A stretch of DNA of 25,346 nucleotides from a virus (taxonomy: Duplodnaviria; Caudoviricetes), in the IMG/VR virus record IMGVR_UViG_3300005934_000018, positions 1 through 25,346 of that record. One strand, written 5' to 3'. A model generated the notes under the pieces. That model was not told the DNA's origin. It saw only the letters and a list, made by a program, of their open reading frames with translations, and searched no databases. Shown one piece after another: positions 7,108 to 16,584 of the stretch (position 1 is its first letter; every line of letters starts with the position of its first letter). The position numbers were made by a program, and so were the translations under genes.

Positions 7108-8207
7108 AGTTTAAATCCTTTAAATGTATCTTTTTCTACATCTTGTTTGACACCGCCAATAATGTAAGACTCGACTTCAGTCTCTTGCGGTGCAACCTGC
7201 AAGCCTGCTGAACTTAACCAATGCTGTGTCCAAGGTAGTGGGTTAGTATTAAGTGGACGATCATAAATCGTCTTAAGTCCAAGTGCCTTCAATCTCTTGT
7301 TGGCAATGAATTCTACATATGCATGAAGTAAGTTTTCATTTAGTCCAATAATCGATCCGTCTTTAAATAGATAATCGGCCCAACGCTTTTCTTCCTCAAC
7401 ACAGTTACGCCACATTTCATAAACTTCTTCTTCACACTCTTTTGCAATCTTAACAAAGTCTGGATCGTCATCACCTTTTGCCCAGTGTTTAAGAATGTGT
7501 GTAGATAAGTTTAGGTGTGTTGCTTCATCACGTGCAATCAATGAAATGATCTTTGCAGATCCTTCCATTAGTTTTAATTCTCCAAATGCAAATGTACAAG
7601 CGAATGATACATAGAAACGTAAACCTTCAAGAATGTTTACTGTCATCATTGCTTTATACAATGCTTTCTTTACTTCATATATGTTGCCTTTACCTTTATT
7701 AAAGTAATTGTTAGCAATGTCATAAAAGTTATCATATTCTTTTGTTACACTAATTGCACGTTCAATAATTCTATCATCATCAAGGATAGTATCAAATACT
7801 TCACTTGGATTAGCATAAACATTTTTTACAATATGTGTATAAGAACGTGAGTGAATAGTTTCAAAGAAATCCCATGCAACAATACAACTTTCTAATTCTG
7901 GGTTAGAACAGTAAGGTAAGAAAGCCAAACAAGGTCCGCGGCCTTGTACACTATCTAATAGTGTTTGATATTTTAGATTAGAGGTAAAGATGTGTTTTTG
8001 TTCAGGTCGAAATTCTGCATAATCGCTTCTGTCTTTTTGTAGCGATACTTCTTCTGGTCTCCAAAAATAACCAAGCATAGTTTGGTTAAGTTTATCATAC
8101 TCTGGATATCTAAATGTATCATATCTTTGAGTATTTTGATCTTCTCCAAAAAACATAAACTGTTTAGTGAAGTCCACTTTATTCTTGTTAAAAACTGTTT
8201 TCGCCAT
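7104..8207 (-). CDS. nrdB: Ribonucleotide reductase class Ia beta subunit
   Basis: FWRPEE, LLDSVQGR, ETIHSRSYT (radical Tyr), LEGLRFY, RDEATH, APQETEVESY. Confidence 0.98.
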   Translation of the reverse strand: MAKTVFNKNKVDFTKQFMFFGEDQNTQRYDTFRYPEYDKLNQTMLGYFWRPEEVSLQKDRSDYAEFRPEQKHIFTSNLKYQTLLDSVQGRGPCLAFLPYCSNPELESCIVAWDFFETIHSRSYTHIVKNVYANPSEVFDTILDDDRIIERAISVTKEYDNFYDIANNYFNKGKGNIYEVKKALYKAMMTVNILEGLRFYVSFACTFAFGELKLMEGSAKIISLIARDEATHLNLSTHILKHWAKGDDDPDFVKIAKECEEEVYEMWRNCVEEEKRWADYLFKDGSIIGLNENLLHAYVEFIANKRLKALGLKTIYDRPLNTNPLPWTQHWLSSAGLQVAPQETEVESYIIGGVKQDVEKDTFKGFKL

Positions 8208-8241
8208 TGATAGTTGTTCCTGTTCCTCTAACTTTTATACT

Positions 8242-8270
8242 ATAATATACTATGTTTACGCCCTTGTCAA
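8242..8270 (-). promoter_or_regulatory. Sigma70-like promoter between nrdA and nrdB
   Basis: TTGACA (8270-8265) N17 TATTAT (8247-8242). Confidence 0.7.
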
Positions 8271-8273
8271 GAA

Positions 8274-10592
8274 CTAAATTGCACAACTATCACAAACTTC
8301 TTCTTCGTTTTTCCCAGTTGCTTGTTCTTGGATAAGTGGAGTACTTATCTCTTCTTTTGGTTCTTCTACGTCATCAGCACCTTTAAAATCGTAGGTGTTT
8401 TGATAGTAAGAAGTTTTCCAACCATACTTGTATGTGTTCAACAAGTCTTTAAACATAACACTCATTGGAACTTCATTATCTTCATACTGTAAAGGATTAT
8501 ATGACCAGTTACCGCTAATGGCTTGATCAAAGAATTTTTGCATAACAGCAACAATATTAATATAACCTTCGTTGCCGGGCATATCCCAAAGTAGCGTATA
8601 GTTATTCTTTAGCGTTTGATACTGCGGAACAATCTGCTTAAGAGGCCCTTTCTTCGACTTCTTAACGGACAAGAATCCACGTGGTGGTTCAATTCCGTTT
8701 GTCGCGTTCGACACAATGGAACTGCTCTCCGATGGCATCTGTGCGGACAGTGTTGAGTGCCGTAAGCCGTGTTCTCGAATAGACTGTCTAAGACTCTCCC
8801 AATCATACTTTAATTTAATATTACATACTTCGTCTAAATCTTTTTTGTATGTGTCGATTGGTAAAATACCATCTGCATACTTTGTTCTTTCGAAGTATTC
8901 ACATTTTCCTTTTTCTTCTGCAAGATTATTAGAAGCAGTTAACAAGTAATATTGAAATGCTTCTGTGAGTTCATGCACTTTAGTAAGTGCTTTCTTATCG
9001 TTGTATTTAACACCTTGACGTGCCAAGTAATGTGCTAATCCGATATAGCCAATACCTAATGAACGTCGAGCCTTTGTAGATTTCTCTGCGGCCAATACTG
9101 GATACTTTTGATAATCAATAATTTCGTCTAATGCTCTTACTGCCAAATCACATAGTTCTTCAAGATCTGTTAGTTCTTTTAAAAGTCCTACGTTAACAGC
9201 AGAAAGAATACATAAAGCAATCTCGCCTTCTTCGTCATCAATGTGCTGTAATGGTTTTGTAGGCAATGTGATTTCTTGGCAAAGATTGCTCATGTAAACT
9301 GTGTCTTTAAACGAACTGTGTGTGTTTGCATGGTCTACATTCATTAAGTAGATACGTCCTGTTTCAGCACGTTCTTTTAGTAATGATGAGAAAAGGTCCA
9401 TTGCTTTTACAGAACGTTTTCTTTTTGTTACATCTTTTTCATACTGCTTATATAATTTTTCAAACTTGTCTTGATCTGCATAAAACGCTTCATAAAGGTC
9501 TTCCACTTCATGTGGCGAGAAAAGAGTTATATCGCCGTCGGATAATAATCTCTCATACATTAATTTGTTAAGTTGAATTGAATAATCTAATTTGCGTACA
9601 CGATTGTCTTCTGTTCCTTTGTTATTTTTTAACACAAGGACGTCTTGAATTTCATAGTGCCAAAGTGGGAAATGAACTGTAGCACTACCTCCACGTACAC
9701 CATTTTGTGTACAACATCTAACAGTACTTTCAAATTTCTTTAGGAACGGAATGATACCTGTGTGTGCTACTTCTCCGCCTCTGATTTTTGAGTTAATCGC
9801 TCTGATTCTACCAGAGTTAATTCCGATACCTGCTCTCTGGGCAGTATAACGTCCAATAGCCATGTCACTGCTAAAAATGGAATTGAGAGTATCATCGCTA
9901 TCAACAAGAACACAAGAAGCAAACTGACGAATAGGAGTTCGTACACCAGCCATAACGGGTGTAGGGATATTGAGTTTAAAAAGCGAGGTCGCGTCATAGT
10001 ATCTCCTTACATAATACAGTCTATCTTCTTTAGGATAGTTTGCGAATAGTGTTGCCGCAATCATCATATACATATGTTGTGGAGTTTCAAACAGTTGACC
10101 TGTACTTCTGTCTTGGCATAGGTACTTGTCTACAATTTGTCTTAGTCCTGCGTATGTAAAATTTTCATCGCGGTTACGTTTAATATATTTGTCAAGTTGG
10201 TCAATCTCATCTTCGGAATAGTTGTTAAGAATATCTGCATCATAAACGCCTCGTTCAATGTTAAGTTTAATCATTTCTATTAAACTCTTTCCTTTAAACT
10301 CTCCGTAGACATCTTTGTATGTTGCATAAAGTAAAAGTCTTGCCGCAACATATTGGTAGTTTGGATTTTCAAGTGTAATCAAATCGTTTGCAGATTTGAT
10401 CATAATATCTTGAATCTCTCTTGATGTCATACCATCATAAAACTGAATGTGTGATGACATTTCAACTTGTGATGCACTCACACCTGTTAAGTTTTCACAA
10501 GCAAATTCTACTACTTTATGGATTTTGTTGACGTCTAATGGCTCACTTGTGCCATCTCTTTTTACAATATTAATACCTGTTCCGTTTGACAT
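8274..10592 (-). CDS. nrdA: Ribonucleotide reductase class Ia alpha subunit
   Basis: N-terminal ATP cone (VKRDG), QFASC, SNLCQEI, SYY, C-terminal CDSC. Confidence 0.98.
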   Translation of the reverse strand: MSNGTGINIVKRDGTSEPLDVNKIHKVVEFACENLTGVSASQVEMSSHIQFYDGMTSREIQDIMIKSANDLITLENPNYQYVAARLLLYATYKDVYGEFKGKSLIEMIKLNIERGVYDADILNNYSEDEIDQLDKYIKRNRDENFTYAGLRQIVDKYLCQDRSTGQLFETPQHMYMMIAATLFANYPKEDRLYYVRRYYDATSLFKLNIPTPVMAGVRTPIRQFASCVLVDSDDTLNSIFSSDMAIGRYTAQRAGIGINSGRIRAINSKIRGGEVAHTGIIPFLKKFESTVRCCTQNGVRGGSATVHFPLWHYEIQDVLVLKNNKGTEDNRVRKLDYSIQLNKLMYERLLSDGDITLFSPHEVEDLYEAFYADQDKFEKLYKQYEKDVTKRKRSVKAMDLFSSLLKERAETGRIYLMNVDHANTHSSFKDTVYMSNLCQEITLPTKPLQHIDDEEGEIALCILSAVNVGLLKELTDLEELCDLAVRALDEIIDYQKYPVLAAEKSTKARRSLGIGYIGLAHYLARQGVKYNDKKALTKVHELTEAFQYYLLTASNNLAEEKGKCEYFERTKYADGILPIDTYKKDLDEVCNIKLKYDWESLRQSIREHGLRHSTLSAQMPSESSSIVSNATNGIEPPRGFLSVKKSKKGPLKQIVPQYQTLKNNYTLLWDMPGNEGYINIVAVMQKFFDQAISGNWSYNPLQYEDNEVPMSVMFKDLLNTYKYGWKTSYYQNTYDFKGADDVEEPKEEISTPLIQEQATGKNEEEVCDSCAI

Positions 10593-10622
10593 TCTTGACT
10601 TCCTTTAAATTACAAAAAATAT

Positions 10623-11051
10623 TTAGTGGATTGCTGGCATCTGGTAAATCTTTTGTGAAATCCAGTTGTTTGGTACAGCATTCCTATTCATATAACGACC
10701 TTCCTGCGGTTGTATAACAGTGTCATCAACAGCCAAAAGTAAAAAGGTTTCGCTTGTTTCGTTATCTGTACTAATATGTATCTCGAAATCACTCTTAGAA
10801 AACCTTTCAGTTAATTGCAAAGTATAACAGATTCCGCAAATAATGCAAGTGTCTGTGTAACCGTTTTCTTTAATTAATTGCCATGGGTCCAACCAAGTTT
10901 GTTGGTTCCACATATCTATTCCTTTATTATGGATACGAGGTGCTTTACTGTAATACATTATTACTTCGTCAAAAGGATTGTCAGCAACATTAAGGCGTTC
11001 TCTGAATTGACGCCAGGATCGTAATCTATCTTCAAATACTTCTGAAAACAT
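10623..11051 (-). CDS. Hypothetical protein
   Basis: 142-aa ORF filling the gap between the tail gene and nrdA. Confidence 0.7.
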   Translation of the reverse strand: MFSEVFEDRLRSWRQFRERLNVADNPFDEVIMYYSKAPRIHNKGIDMWNQQTWLDPWQLIKENGYTDTCIICGICYTLQLTERFSKSDFEIHISTDNETSETFLLLAVDDTVIQPQEGRYMNRNAVPNNWISQKIYQMPAIH

Positions 11052-11056
11052 TAGAA

Positions 11057-12673
11057 CTAATTTATAATTTTGACTTTATATGAAAAGGTTGCGTCTTCAC
11101 TTGTAACAGTATTTTTCATTCTGATTCCTACAGTATCATTAACAGTATCTGTGTTCAAATCAAACAGTTGTGCCTTAAGTTCTAATACTTCCGAAAAACT
11201 TAGTTCGCCGTTATAATCATAAGTGTCTGAGTATGTTACTGTATCTGTTGTTTTATTAACAATAACTTCTAAAACACCTTTTCGCATTGCATCAACTTGA
11301 TTACTTTTGTAAACATATTCGATTTGATATGTTCTTGTGAAGTCGCCTGGTAAGTTAAAAATAGTTGTAAATGTATTTTGTTGTCCTGTGTTTAATTGAT
11401 TTGTGTAAACATATTCACTTACTAATGGGCCTTCAATCTCTGAAATGTAGGCAACGTTATTAAACGCAACGTCATTCTGTAAGTCATTTGTTCTGCTAAA
11501 CCAATCATTAACACTTAGGTTTTGATCAACATCTGATTTAATAATTGTATAAGCCGCCGCTGAACTTGTACCGCCATTGTTTCCAACAGCATAAAATTTG
11601 TTGTTTGAACTTTCGTTGTAGTGTCCTGTTTGGAAAATAATTGCATTTTTATCAATGTTATTAAAATTACAATGATTAAAAGTATTTCTTTCAGGTCCTG
11701 TACTTTGGCCGACGTTACCTATTACAGTGTTCTCTCCAAAGTGAACAGCATAACCTAAAGTATCAAATAAACATTGTGACCATCTGTTTTCGTAAATGTC
11801 AAAGTCTGATTTGATTCCATAACCCCAACCTTGAATTTTAACATTTTCAAACTTGTTGTTAAAACAACCTACTACTGTACTTAGGTTAGATAGTTGAATA
11901 GCAATGTTTCCTGCGTTAACAGTATTACCTGAAGTCCAAGTTGATAATAGTTCTAAGTTTCTAAACAAACTGTCTTTACAGTTTGTAAGATTTAAACCAA
12001 CAAATCCGTTTGTATAATGAGAAAGCGTTAAGCCTTCTAAAGAAATGTTTCTTGCTTGGTTCAATGATGTTGTACCTGCATCATTATCATATGAACCCGG
12101 AGTACTTGTATCGTTTACAGTTTTAAAGATAGGCTTGTCAACTGTTTGATTAATAATAGTTTTACCTTGTCCTGCTCCCACAATGTTTGTGAAAGGAGGT
12201 AGATAAATTGTATCATTAATAGAGTATGTACCTGCTTCAATATGTAAAACAACTCTACTTGCTGATGTACCTTTAGTAGCAGTATTAATGTATAGTTGAT
12301 CTATTGCTCTTTGTAAAATAGCAGTGTGATCAGATCCGTCACCAGTACCACCGAAAGCACGTATAGAAACTATGTCGTCTAATCTATCTTGGAGTGTACG
12401 TTTGATTGGACCACTTACTGTAGCACCTGTTTGAATAGTAGTATTTGATTTGTATGTATACTGATCTGCAAGTGTGAATAAGTTATCATTTTCTGTAAGA
12501 ATTTTAGTATTACCAACAGCAGGCGAACCTTCTGAAACTGCACCATTACCAATGAATAGTTCTTGTGCATCAACTGCCCAACCAAGTTCTCCGCCTGCTA
12601 ATTGCGGAATACCTGATCCTGTATTCTTACGTCCTCTACGAATTTGTATACGTGATATTTGTACGACTGCCAC
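11057..12673 (-). CDS. Virion tail/baseplate protein with pectin-lyase-like beta-helix
   Basis: N-terminal RIQIRRG...LAGGELGWAVDAQELFIG fibre-anchor motif, AFGGTGDGSDHTAILQRAI beta-helix cap, Asn/Thr-rich repeats. AGGAG RBS with GTG start. Confidence 0.8.
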   Translation of the reverse strand: MAVVQISRIQIRRGRKNTGSGIPQLAGGELGWAVDAQELFIGNGAVSEGSPAVGNTKILTENDNLFTLADQYTYKSNTTIQTGATVSGPIKRTLQDRLDDIVSIRAFGGTGDGSDHTAILQRAIDQLYINTATKGTSASRVVLHIEAGTYSINDTIYLPPFTNIVGAGQGKTIINQTVDKPIFKTVNDTSTPGSYDNDAGTTSLNQARNISLEGLTLSHYTNGFVGLNLTNCKDSLFRNLELLSTWTSGNTVNAGNIAIQLSNLSTVVGCFNNKFENVKIQGWGYGIKSDFDIYENRWSQCLFDTLGYAVHFGENTVIGNVGQSTGPERNTFNHCNFNNIDKNAIIFQTGHYNESSNNKFYAVGNNGGTSSAAAYTIIKSDVDQNLSVNDWFSRTNDLQNDVAFNNVAYISEIEGPLVSEYVYTNQLNTGQQNTFTTIFNLPGDFTRTYQIEYVYKSNQVDAMRKGVLEVIVNKTTDTVTYSDTYDYNGELSFSEVLELKAQLFDLNTDTVNDTVGIRMKNTVTSEDATFSYKVKIIN

Positions 12674-12696
12674 TGTTTACTCCTTATTACAACTAT

Positions 12697-13377
12697 TTAT
12701 GCGAATTTGTCGTAATACTGATACACTCTATCCCACCATTTAGATTCCCAATGTTTAAATTCGTCTGGTGTAAGGTCAAACTGTTGATATTGCAGGTCTC
12801 TACTACACATAAACACATGGCCTTCTTTAATATCAGTACCATACACTTCGTTGTGTGCAAGAGCATAGGCTACAAGTTGTAGATAGTAATCTTCAACCCA
12901 TTCTTTTTTCTTAGGTTTATTAGTTTGTTTAAAGTCCATGATAGCCGGCTGGCCTTTGTATGTTCCTACAAGATCAGTCGTTCCTGCGTAAATTTGAGGG
13001 TGATACAGGTTGATTTCACTGCCCCATATTTCGTCTACATCTACCATAGCATTATCTCTAACTTGCTCGGCCATTTTGTGTGCTTGTTGCGAATATGGGT
13101 TACTTCCTGGAGTAGGCCATTCACCTGTGTCAATATAGTCTTCAAGGTACTTGTGCATACGTGTTCCAACACCAGCGGCTTCAGTTACAATTTCTTGTGC
13201 TTTCTGCTCGCCTACACGTTTTTTCCATGCAATAAGATGTGTTTTATCTTTTGTTTTATCTAAGATAGTTGTTACACTTGCAACAGCATTGCCGTCTGGA
13301 CAAGCATACAGTCTTTTGCCGTCTACTTGCTGTCGTTTGATTTCTTCATACAGGTATCGTTTAGTTATTAATGACAA
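12697..13377 (-). CDS. PD-(D/E)XK exonuclease (T4-like phage/MGME1-like)
   Basis: SVTTIL, GTRMH..LE, E...YAGTTDL...IMDFK, QLVAYA motifs. Confidence 0.88.
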   Translation of the reverse strand: MSLITKRYLYEEIKRQQVDGKRLYACPDGNAVASVTTILDKTKDKTHLIAWKKRVGEQKAQEIVTEAAGVGTRMHKYLEDYIDTGEWPTPGSNPYSQQAHKMAEQVRDNAMVDVDEIWGSEINLYHPQIYAGTTDLVGTYKGQPAIMDFKQTNKPKKKEWVEDYYLQLVAYALAHNEVYGTDIKEGHVFMCSRDLQYQQFDLTPDEFKHWESKWWDRVYQYYDKFA

Positions 13378-13379
13378 AA

Positions 13380-13952
13380 TTATTTCCTTTTATATTCTAT
13401 ATCGTAGACTACTGTGCGTCTAATACTGTCTGTAGGGTATACTCCGTGCCATACTCTACCGTCGAGACAGATAACTCCGCCTTCGACACTTGCAAAATGA
13501 TCAGGATGTTGAAAGCCACTTGGTTCTGGCATGAGTGTCCAAAGCATTCCGTTAAACTTATTTCTTGTGTTATGTAAAATAGGAACAGTATCTAAATGTA
13601 TTACTGCACTAAAAGTATTCTTATTCATATCCCCTTGATGCACATGAAGTCCTTGGTATCCACCTTTTTGATAATAGATTATCCAAGACTCAATGCATTT
13701 AAAATCATAAATGTTTTTAAACTCAAATTGTTTTTCAAGCCATTCAAAAAATCTATCTTGGATTCTTTGATATTCATGATTGTCTTTTGGAATATAAATT
13801 TGCTCACCATCAACTGTTGTGGTGCCTTGGCTTTCATCGTCCGCAATTATCTTATCGAATAGTACTTCGAACTCTTTGTATTGAGGATAGTGTGAGTGCA
13901 AAATCCATTGCTCACCAATTTCTTTATAGTTTTGAATCATTTCGACCTTCAT
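13380..13952 (-). CDS. Putative 2OG-Fe(II) oxygenase (HxH type)
   Basis: SW...Y..GGYQGLHVH, SAVIHL, WHGVYP, RRTVVYD. Confidence 0.8.
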   Translation of the reverse strand: MKVEMIQNYKEIGEQWILHSHYPQYKEFEVLFDKIIADDESQGTTTVDGEQIYIPKDNHEYQRIQDRFFEWLEKQFEFKNIYDFKCIESWIIYYQKGGYQGLHVHQGDMNKNTFSAVIHLDTVPILHNTRNKFNGMLWTLMPEPSGFQHPDHFASVEGGVICLDGRVWHGVYPTDSIRRTVVYDIEYKRK

Positions 13953-13963
13953 TCATAACGTAC

Positions 13964-13992
13964 ACTATACAGTACTTACGTAAAAAAGTCAA
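13964..13992 (-). promoter_or_regulatory. Sigma70-like promoter
   Basis: TTGACT (13992-13987) N17 TATAGT (13969-13964). Confidence 0.7.
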
Positions 13993-14001
13993 GTGTTTAT
14001 T

Positions 14002-14304
14002 TTATTGTGACATAGCATTGGCTGTTGCTGACTTAGCCATGTTGTCTACTGTGTTGTCTTGAGCAGGAGCCTGAGGTTCTTCACCACCTTTAAGTGTTAC
14101 TCCTTCGGGATCAAAACTTGATACAAGTGATTTGATTTGTGGATCTTGATCGTATGCGGCTTTAAATGTGTCTTGGTTATATTCTTCAGCACCCATGTTA
14201 TCCATGTACTTGTTGAGTTCGTCCCAAGACACTGTTGCCTTTTTGTTTTTTACAAGAAAATTTAAGATTTTCAGCAGATTGGGTGATGCTGATTCAATTA
14301 CTTT
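14002..14304 (-). CDS. -1-frame ORF, probably a frameshift extension of the upstream protein (alternatively a 76-aa ORF from GTG 14232)
   Basis: The frame is open from 14313 with no ATG/GTG/TTG until 14232. It is entered by a -1 shift at A_AAA_AAG (14307-14301). Confidence 0.65.
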   Translation of the reverse strand, partial: KVIESASPNLLKILNFLVKNKKATVSWDELNKYMDNMGAEEYNQDTFKAAYDQDPQIKSLVSSFDPEGVTLKGGEEPQAPAQDNTVDNMAKSATANAMSQ

Positions 14305-15071
14305 TTTTTTGAATCACTTAGGATTGACCCAAGCCTTCTGCTTCTTTCGATTGACTCACGTTTTTCTCTACCGGCTTCCTCTTCGCCACCAGCCGCAGGA
14401 GCCGCCGCGCCAAATTCATCTTCGCCTTCTGCTGGAGCCTCTGCTTCTGCATCTGCATCAACTGTTGGTTCCATTTCTGGCTCTTCTGCTGGTACTTCAT
14501 CGCCCATAGTCTCTGGAGCACCTTCGCCTGTTAAGATGGCTACGCCACCTGTTAGTGCGTCACGTGTTTGTTCTAATGTTGTGAAAAGTGTTTCAAGTGC
14601 TGGCTTAACTGTGCCAATAAATTGTTCTGATTGTTCACTGCCCATTTCGTCTCGAATTTTATCGCCAATTTCGAGCATTGATTCTGTTTGCATTTCTGCT
14701 GTGTCTTCCATCCAGCCTGTAATTCTATCTACCATATCTTTAGCCGCCATTACAAGTGTTGCCGCTTCTTCAGCACCTTCTGTAATTGCTTCGTCGGTAT
14801 CTACATCGCCTTCAACAATGTTTGCTCTTTCTTCAATTGCCTGATTAATTACTTTAAGGAACATATTTGTTTTCTGATACTCATCATTGTTTACAGCATC
14901 AAAGGATTCGTTAGTTTCAATATCGCTTAATTTAGTACGCAATTTGTTACGAGCATCTTGAAGTTGCTCTGTGGAAAATGCATCAACATTGATAGTTTCT
15001 CCGAAACGTTGCTCGAGACTCTCATTTAAGCGTTTCGCTGTAATTGGTTTTGTAAATTGACTAACTTTCAT
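14298..15071 (-). CDS. Acidic helical prohead core/scaffold-like protein
   Basis: Several hydrophobic-X-E motifs (LNES, IVEG, ITEG), coiled-coil segments, long Glu/Ala/Pro tail, TAAATA upstream. Confidence 0.6.
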   Translation of the reverse strand: MKVSQFTKPITAKRLNESLEQRFGETINVDAFSTEQLQDARNKLRTKLSDIETNESFDAVNNDEYQKTNMFLKVINQAIEERANIVEGDVDTDEAITEGAEEAATLVMAAKDMVDRITGWMEDTAEMQTESMLEIGDKIRDEMGSEQSEQFIGTVKPALETLFTTLEQTRDALTGGVAILTGEGAPETMGDEVPAEEPEMEPTVDADAEAEAPAEGEDEFGAAAPAAGGEEEAGREKRESIERSRRLGSILSDSKKK

Positions 15072-15093
15072 TATACTGTTCCTTTAACTATAT

Positions 15094-15525
15094 TTATTTA
15101 TCAAATATGTAGTTTTCAATTTGGTCTTTAATGGCCCAACATTCTTCAATTGCTATCTCAAAACGCATCAAAGCCGCATCTTTTTTAATATCGTCCTTGG
15201 TATGCTCTATAGTATACTTATAAAAAACAGCATCATTGTAGTGTTTGCTCAGTTTATTATCCAAATATTTAATGTTATTTAGTGATTCTGTTTGGTTAGT
15301 TGCTACACAATGAGCCATTGCTAACGCAGTAGACTTACTGTGAGAATATCCTATATGAGCCTTTTCTGCTAAATCAAAAACATGATACCCGTGTTTGTTC
15401 TTTCTTACAACAGCATTTTTTATACGAATACTATTTCCTTTAACCACAGGGAGCGGAACAGCATTAAGTTCTGCATCAACTATATCTTCAAGGATTTTAA
15501 TAAGTTCAGGGTTTGTATTCTTCAT
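15094..15525 (-). CDS. Hypothetical protein
   Basis: 143-aa ORF in a continuous minus-strand run. Confidence 0.7.
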   Translation of the reverse strand: MKNTNPELIKILEDIVDAELNAVPLPVVKGNSIRIKNAVVRKNKHGYHVFDLAEKAHIGYSHSKSTALAMAHCVATNQTESLNNIKYLDNKLSKHYNDAVFYKYTIEHTKDDIKKDAALMRFEIAIEECWAIKDQIENYIFDK

Positions 15526-15721
15526 TAGCCATCACCAAAACAGTTCCATTCTTCACTACTTTACTTACAAGTGCCTTACGTATAAGGCCTTCAATAACGA
15601 ATTGTTCTCTTGGTGGGTAAGAATATAAAGGAGCAATTTTGTCCTTCATGCTCTCTAACACTTTAGATTCTTCGTTACTTAGTGCTATAGTGAATTTGGT
15701 TAGTAGTTCATTTATTTTCAT
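15506..15721 (-). CDS. Small hypothetical protein (MKINELL N-terminus)
   Basis: 71-aa ORF abutting the upstream stop. Confidence 0.65.
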   Translation of the reverse strand: MKINELLTKFTIALSNEESKVLESMKDKIAPLYSYPPREQFVIEGLIRKALVSKVVKNGTVLVMANEEYKP

Positions 15722-16255
15722 TTACATACCTGTCGCTATTTGCTTTAATATAGGTTCTAAATCTTTTTTGTTATGAACTGTTTTGATTGGCTCGCCCGGT
15801 TTTGGTTTGGGATTTTTCAATGTAATTTCTTGTCCCTTAACTGTATCAATCTCAAACTCTTGTTCTTTGCCTTGTTGATCTGGCATTGGAAGAGTTGCTC
15901 CAGGCTTTAATACTTGTTGTGCCATTTTGCCAACGGCTTTGTCAGCAACTTTGGCCATTGCTTTATTTGCCATATTAGTTGCCGCACCTTTAGCCATGTT
16001 GGCGGCTCCTTTGGCCATGTTGGCCGCACCTTTGGCAACTGCCTTGCCCATTTGTGCGCCTACTCTACCAGCGGCTTTAACTCCGGCACCGACAGCCTTT
16101 GCACCCATCTTGGCCGCACCTGCTCCGATTCGTCCTGCCACTACTCCAAGTGCAGGTAGTATTTCGTCTAACTGTTCTTCAGTTAGATGCGGATAACGTT
16201 CTTTTAATTTTAATCTCAAGTCTTCTTCTTTTAATTGAAACTCATTGTATTTCAT
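15722..16255 (-). CDS. Putative internal virion protein with Ala/Gly/Lys amphipathic repeats
   Basis: MKYNEFQLKE...LTEEQLDE propeptide-like start, AKGAANM repeats, small C-terminal beta domain. Confidence 0.7.
   Translation of the reverse strand: MKYNEFQLKEEDLRLKLKERYPHLTEEQLDEILPALGVVAGRIGAGAAKMGAKAVGAGVKAAGRVGAQMGKAVAKGAANMAKGAANMAKGAATNMANKAMAKVADKAVGKMAQQVLKPGATLPMPDQQGKEQEFEIDTVKGQEITLKNPKPKPGEPIKTVHNKKDLEPILKQIATGM
15981..16036. repeat. 21-bp coding tandem repeat (~2.7 copies; AKGAANM)
   Basis: gccgcacctttagccatgttg / gcggctcctttggccatgttg / gccgcacctttggc. Confidence 0.85.
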
Positions 16256-16584
16256 TAACGTTTCCTCTTTCTACTACGTGTTCTTGGTTTAATATTACGC
16301 AAGTTACGTCTACCTGATTTGTTAATTCTTGTTAGACGTTGTGTAGTTCCTCTTGCTCTTTTTGTTCTTGCAGATGCAACTTTTATTGCACTGCTTCTTC
16401 TTGCTTTTGCCTTTTTAATGTTAATACTACTTTTAATTCTTTTCGGTTTATTACAAGTATCAGGTGATGCTACAATTCTTCCTTTACGTGAGCCTGATGT
16501 ACAACGATACTTGCGAACAAGTTTGTTGCCTTTGCGGCCCATAATTTGTAAAGCACCTTCTGTTAATAATTCTGATACTCTCAT
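16255..16584 (-). CDS. Highly basic protein, paralog A
   Basis: Arg/Lys-rich. VRKYRCTSGxRKGRIV....C motif shared with the neighbouring gene. Confidence 0.8.
   Translation of the reverse strand: MRVSELLTEGALQIMGRKGNKLVRKYRCTSGSRKGRIVASPDTCNKPKRIKSSINIKKAKARRSSAIKVASARTKRARGTTQRLTRINKSGRRNLRNIKPRTRSRKRKR

Noticed and set aside
8609-9997. Alternate-frame minus-strand ORFs inside nrdA (8609-8806, 9767-9997)
   Set aside because: They are nested out of frame in a highly conserved gene with no supporting signals.
7104-10592. Intein, intron or homing endonuclease in nrdA/nrdB
   Set aside because: Both have normal class Ia lengths and continuous motifs.
12697-13377. Cas4/CRISPR interpretation of the PD-(D/E)XK nuclease
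   Set aside because: It lacks the four-Cys Fe-S signature, and I saw no cas genes or repeat-spacer array in the window.
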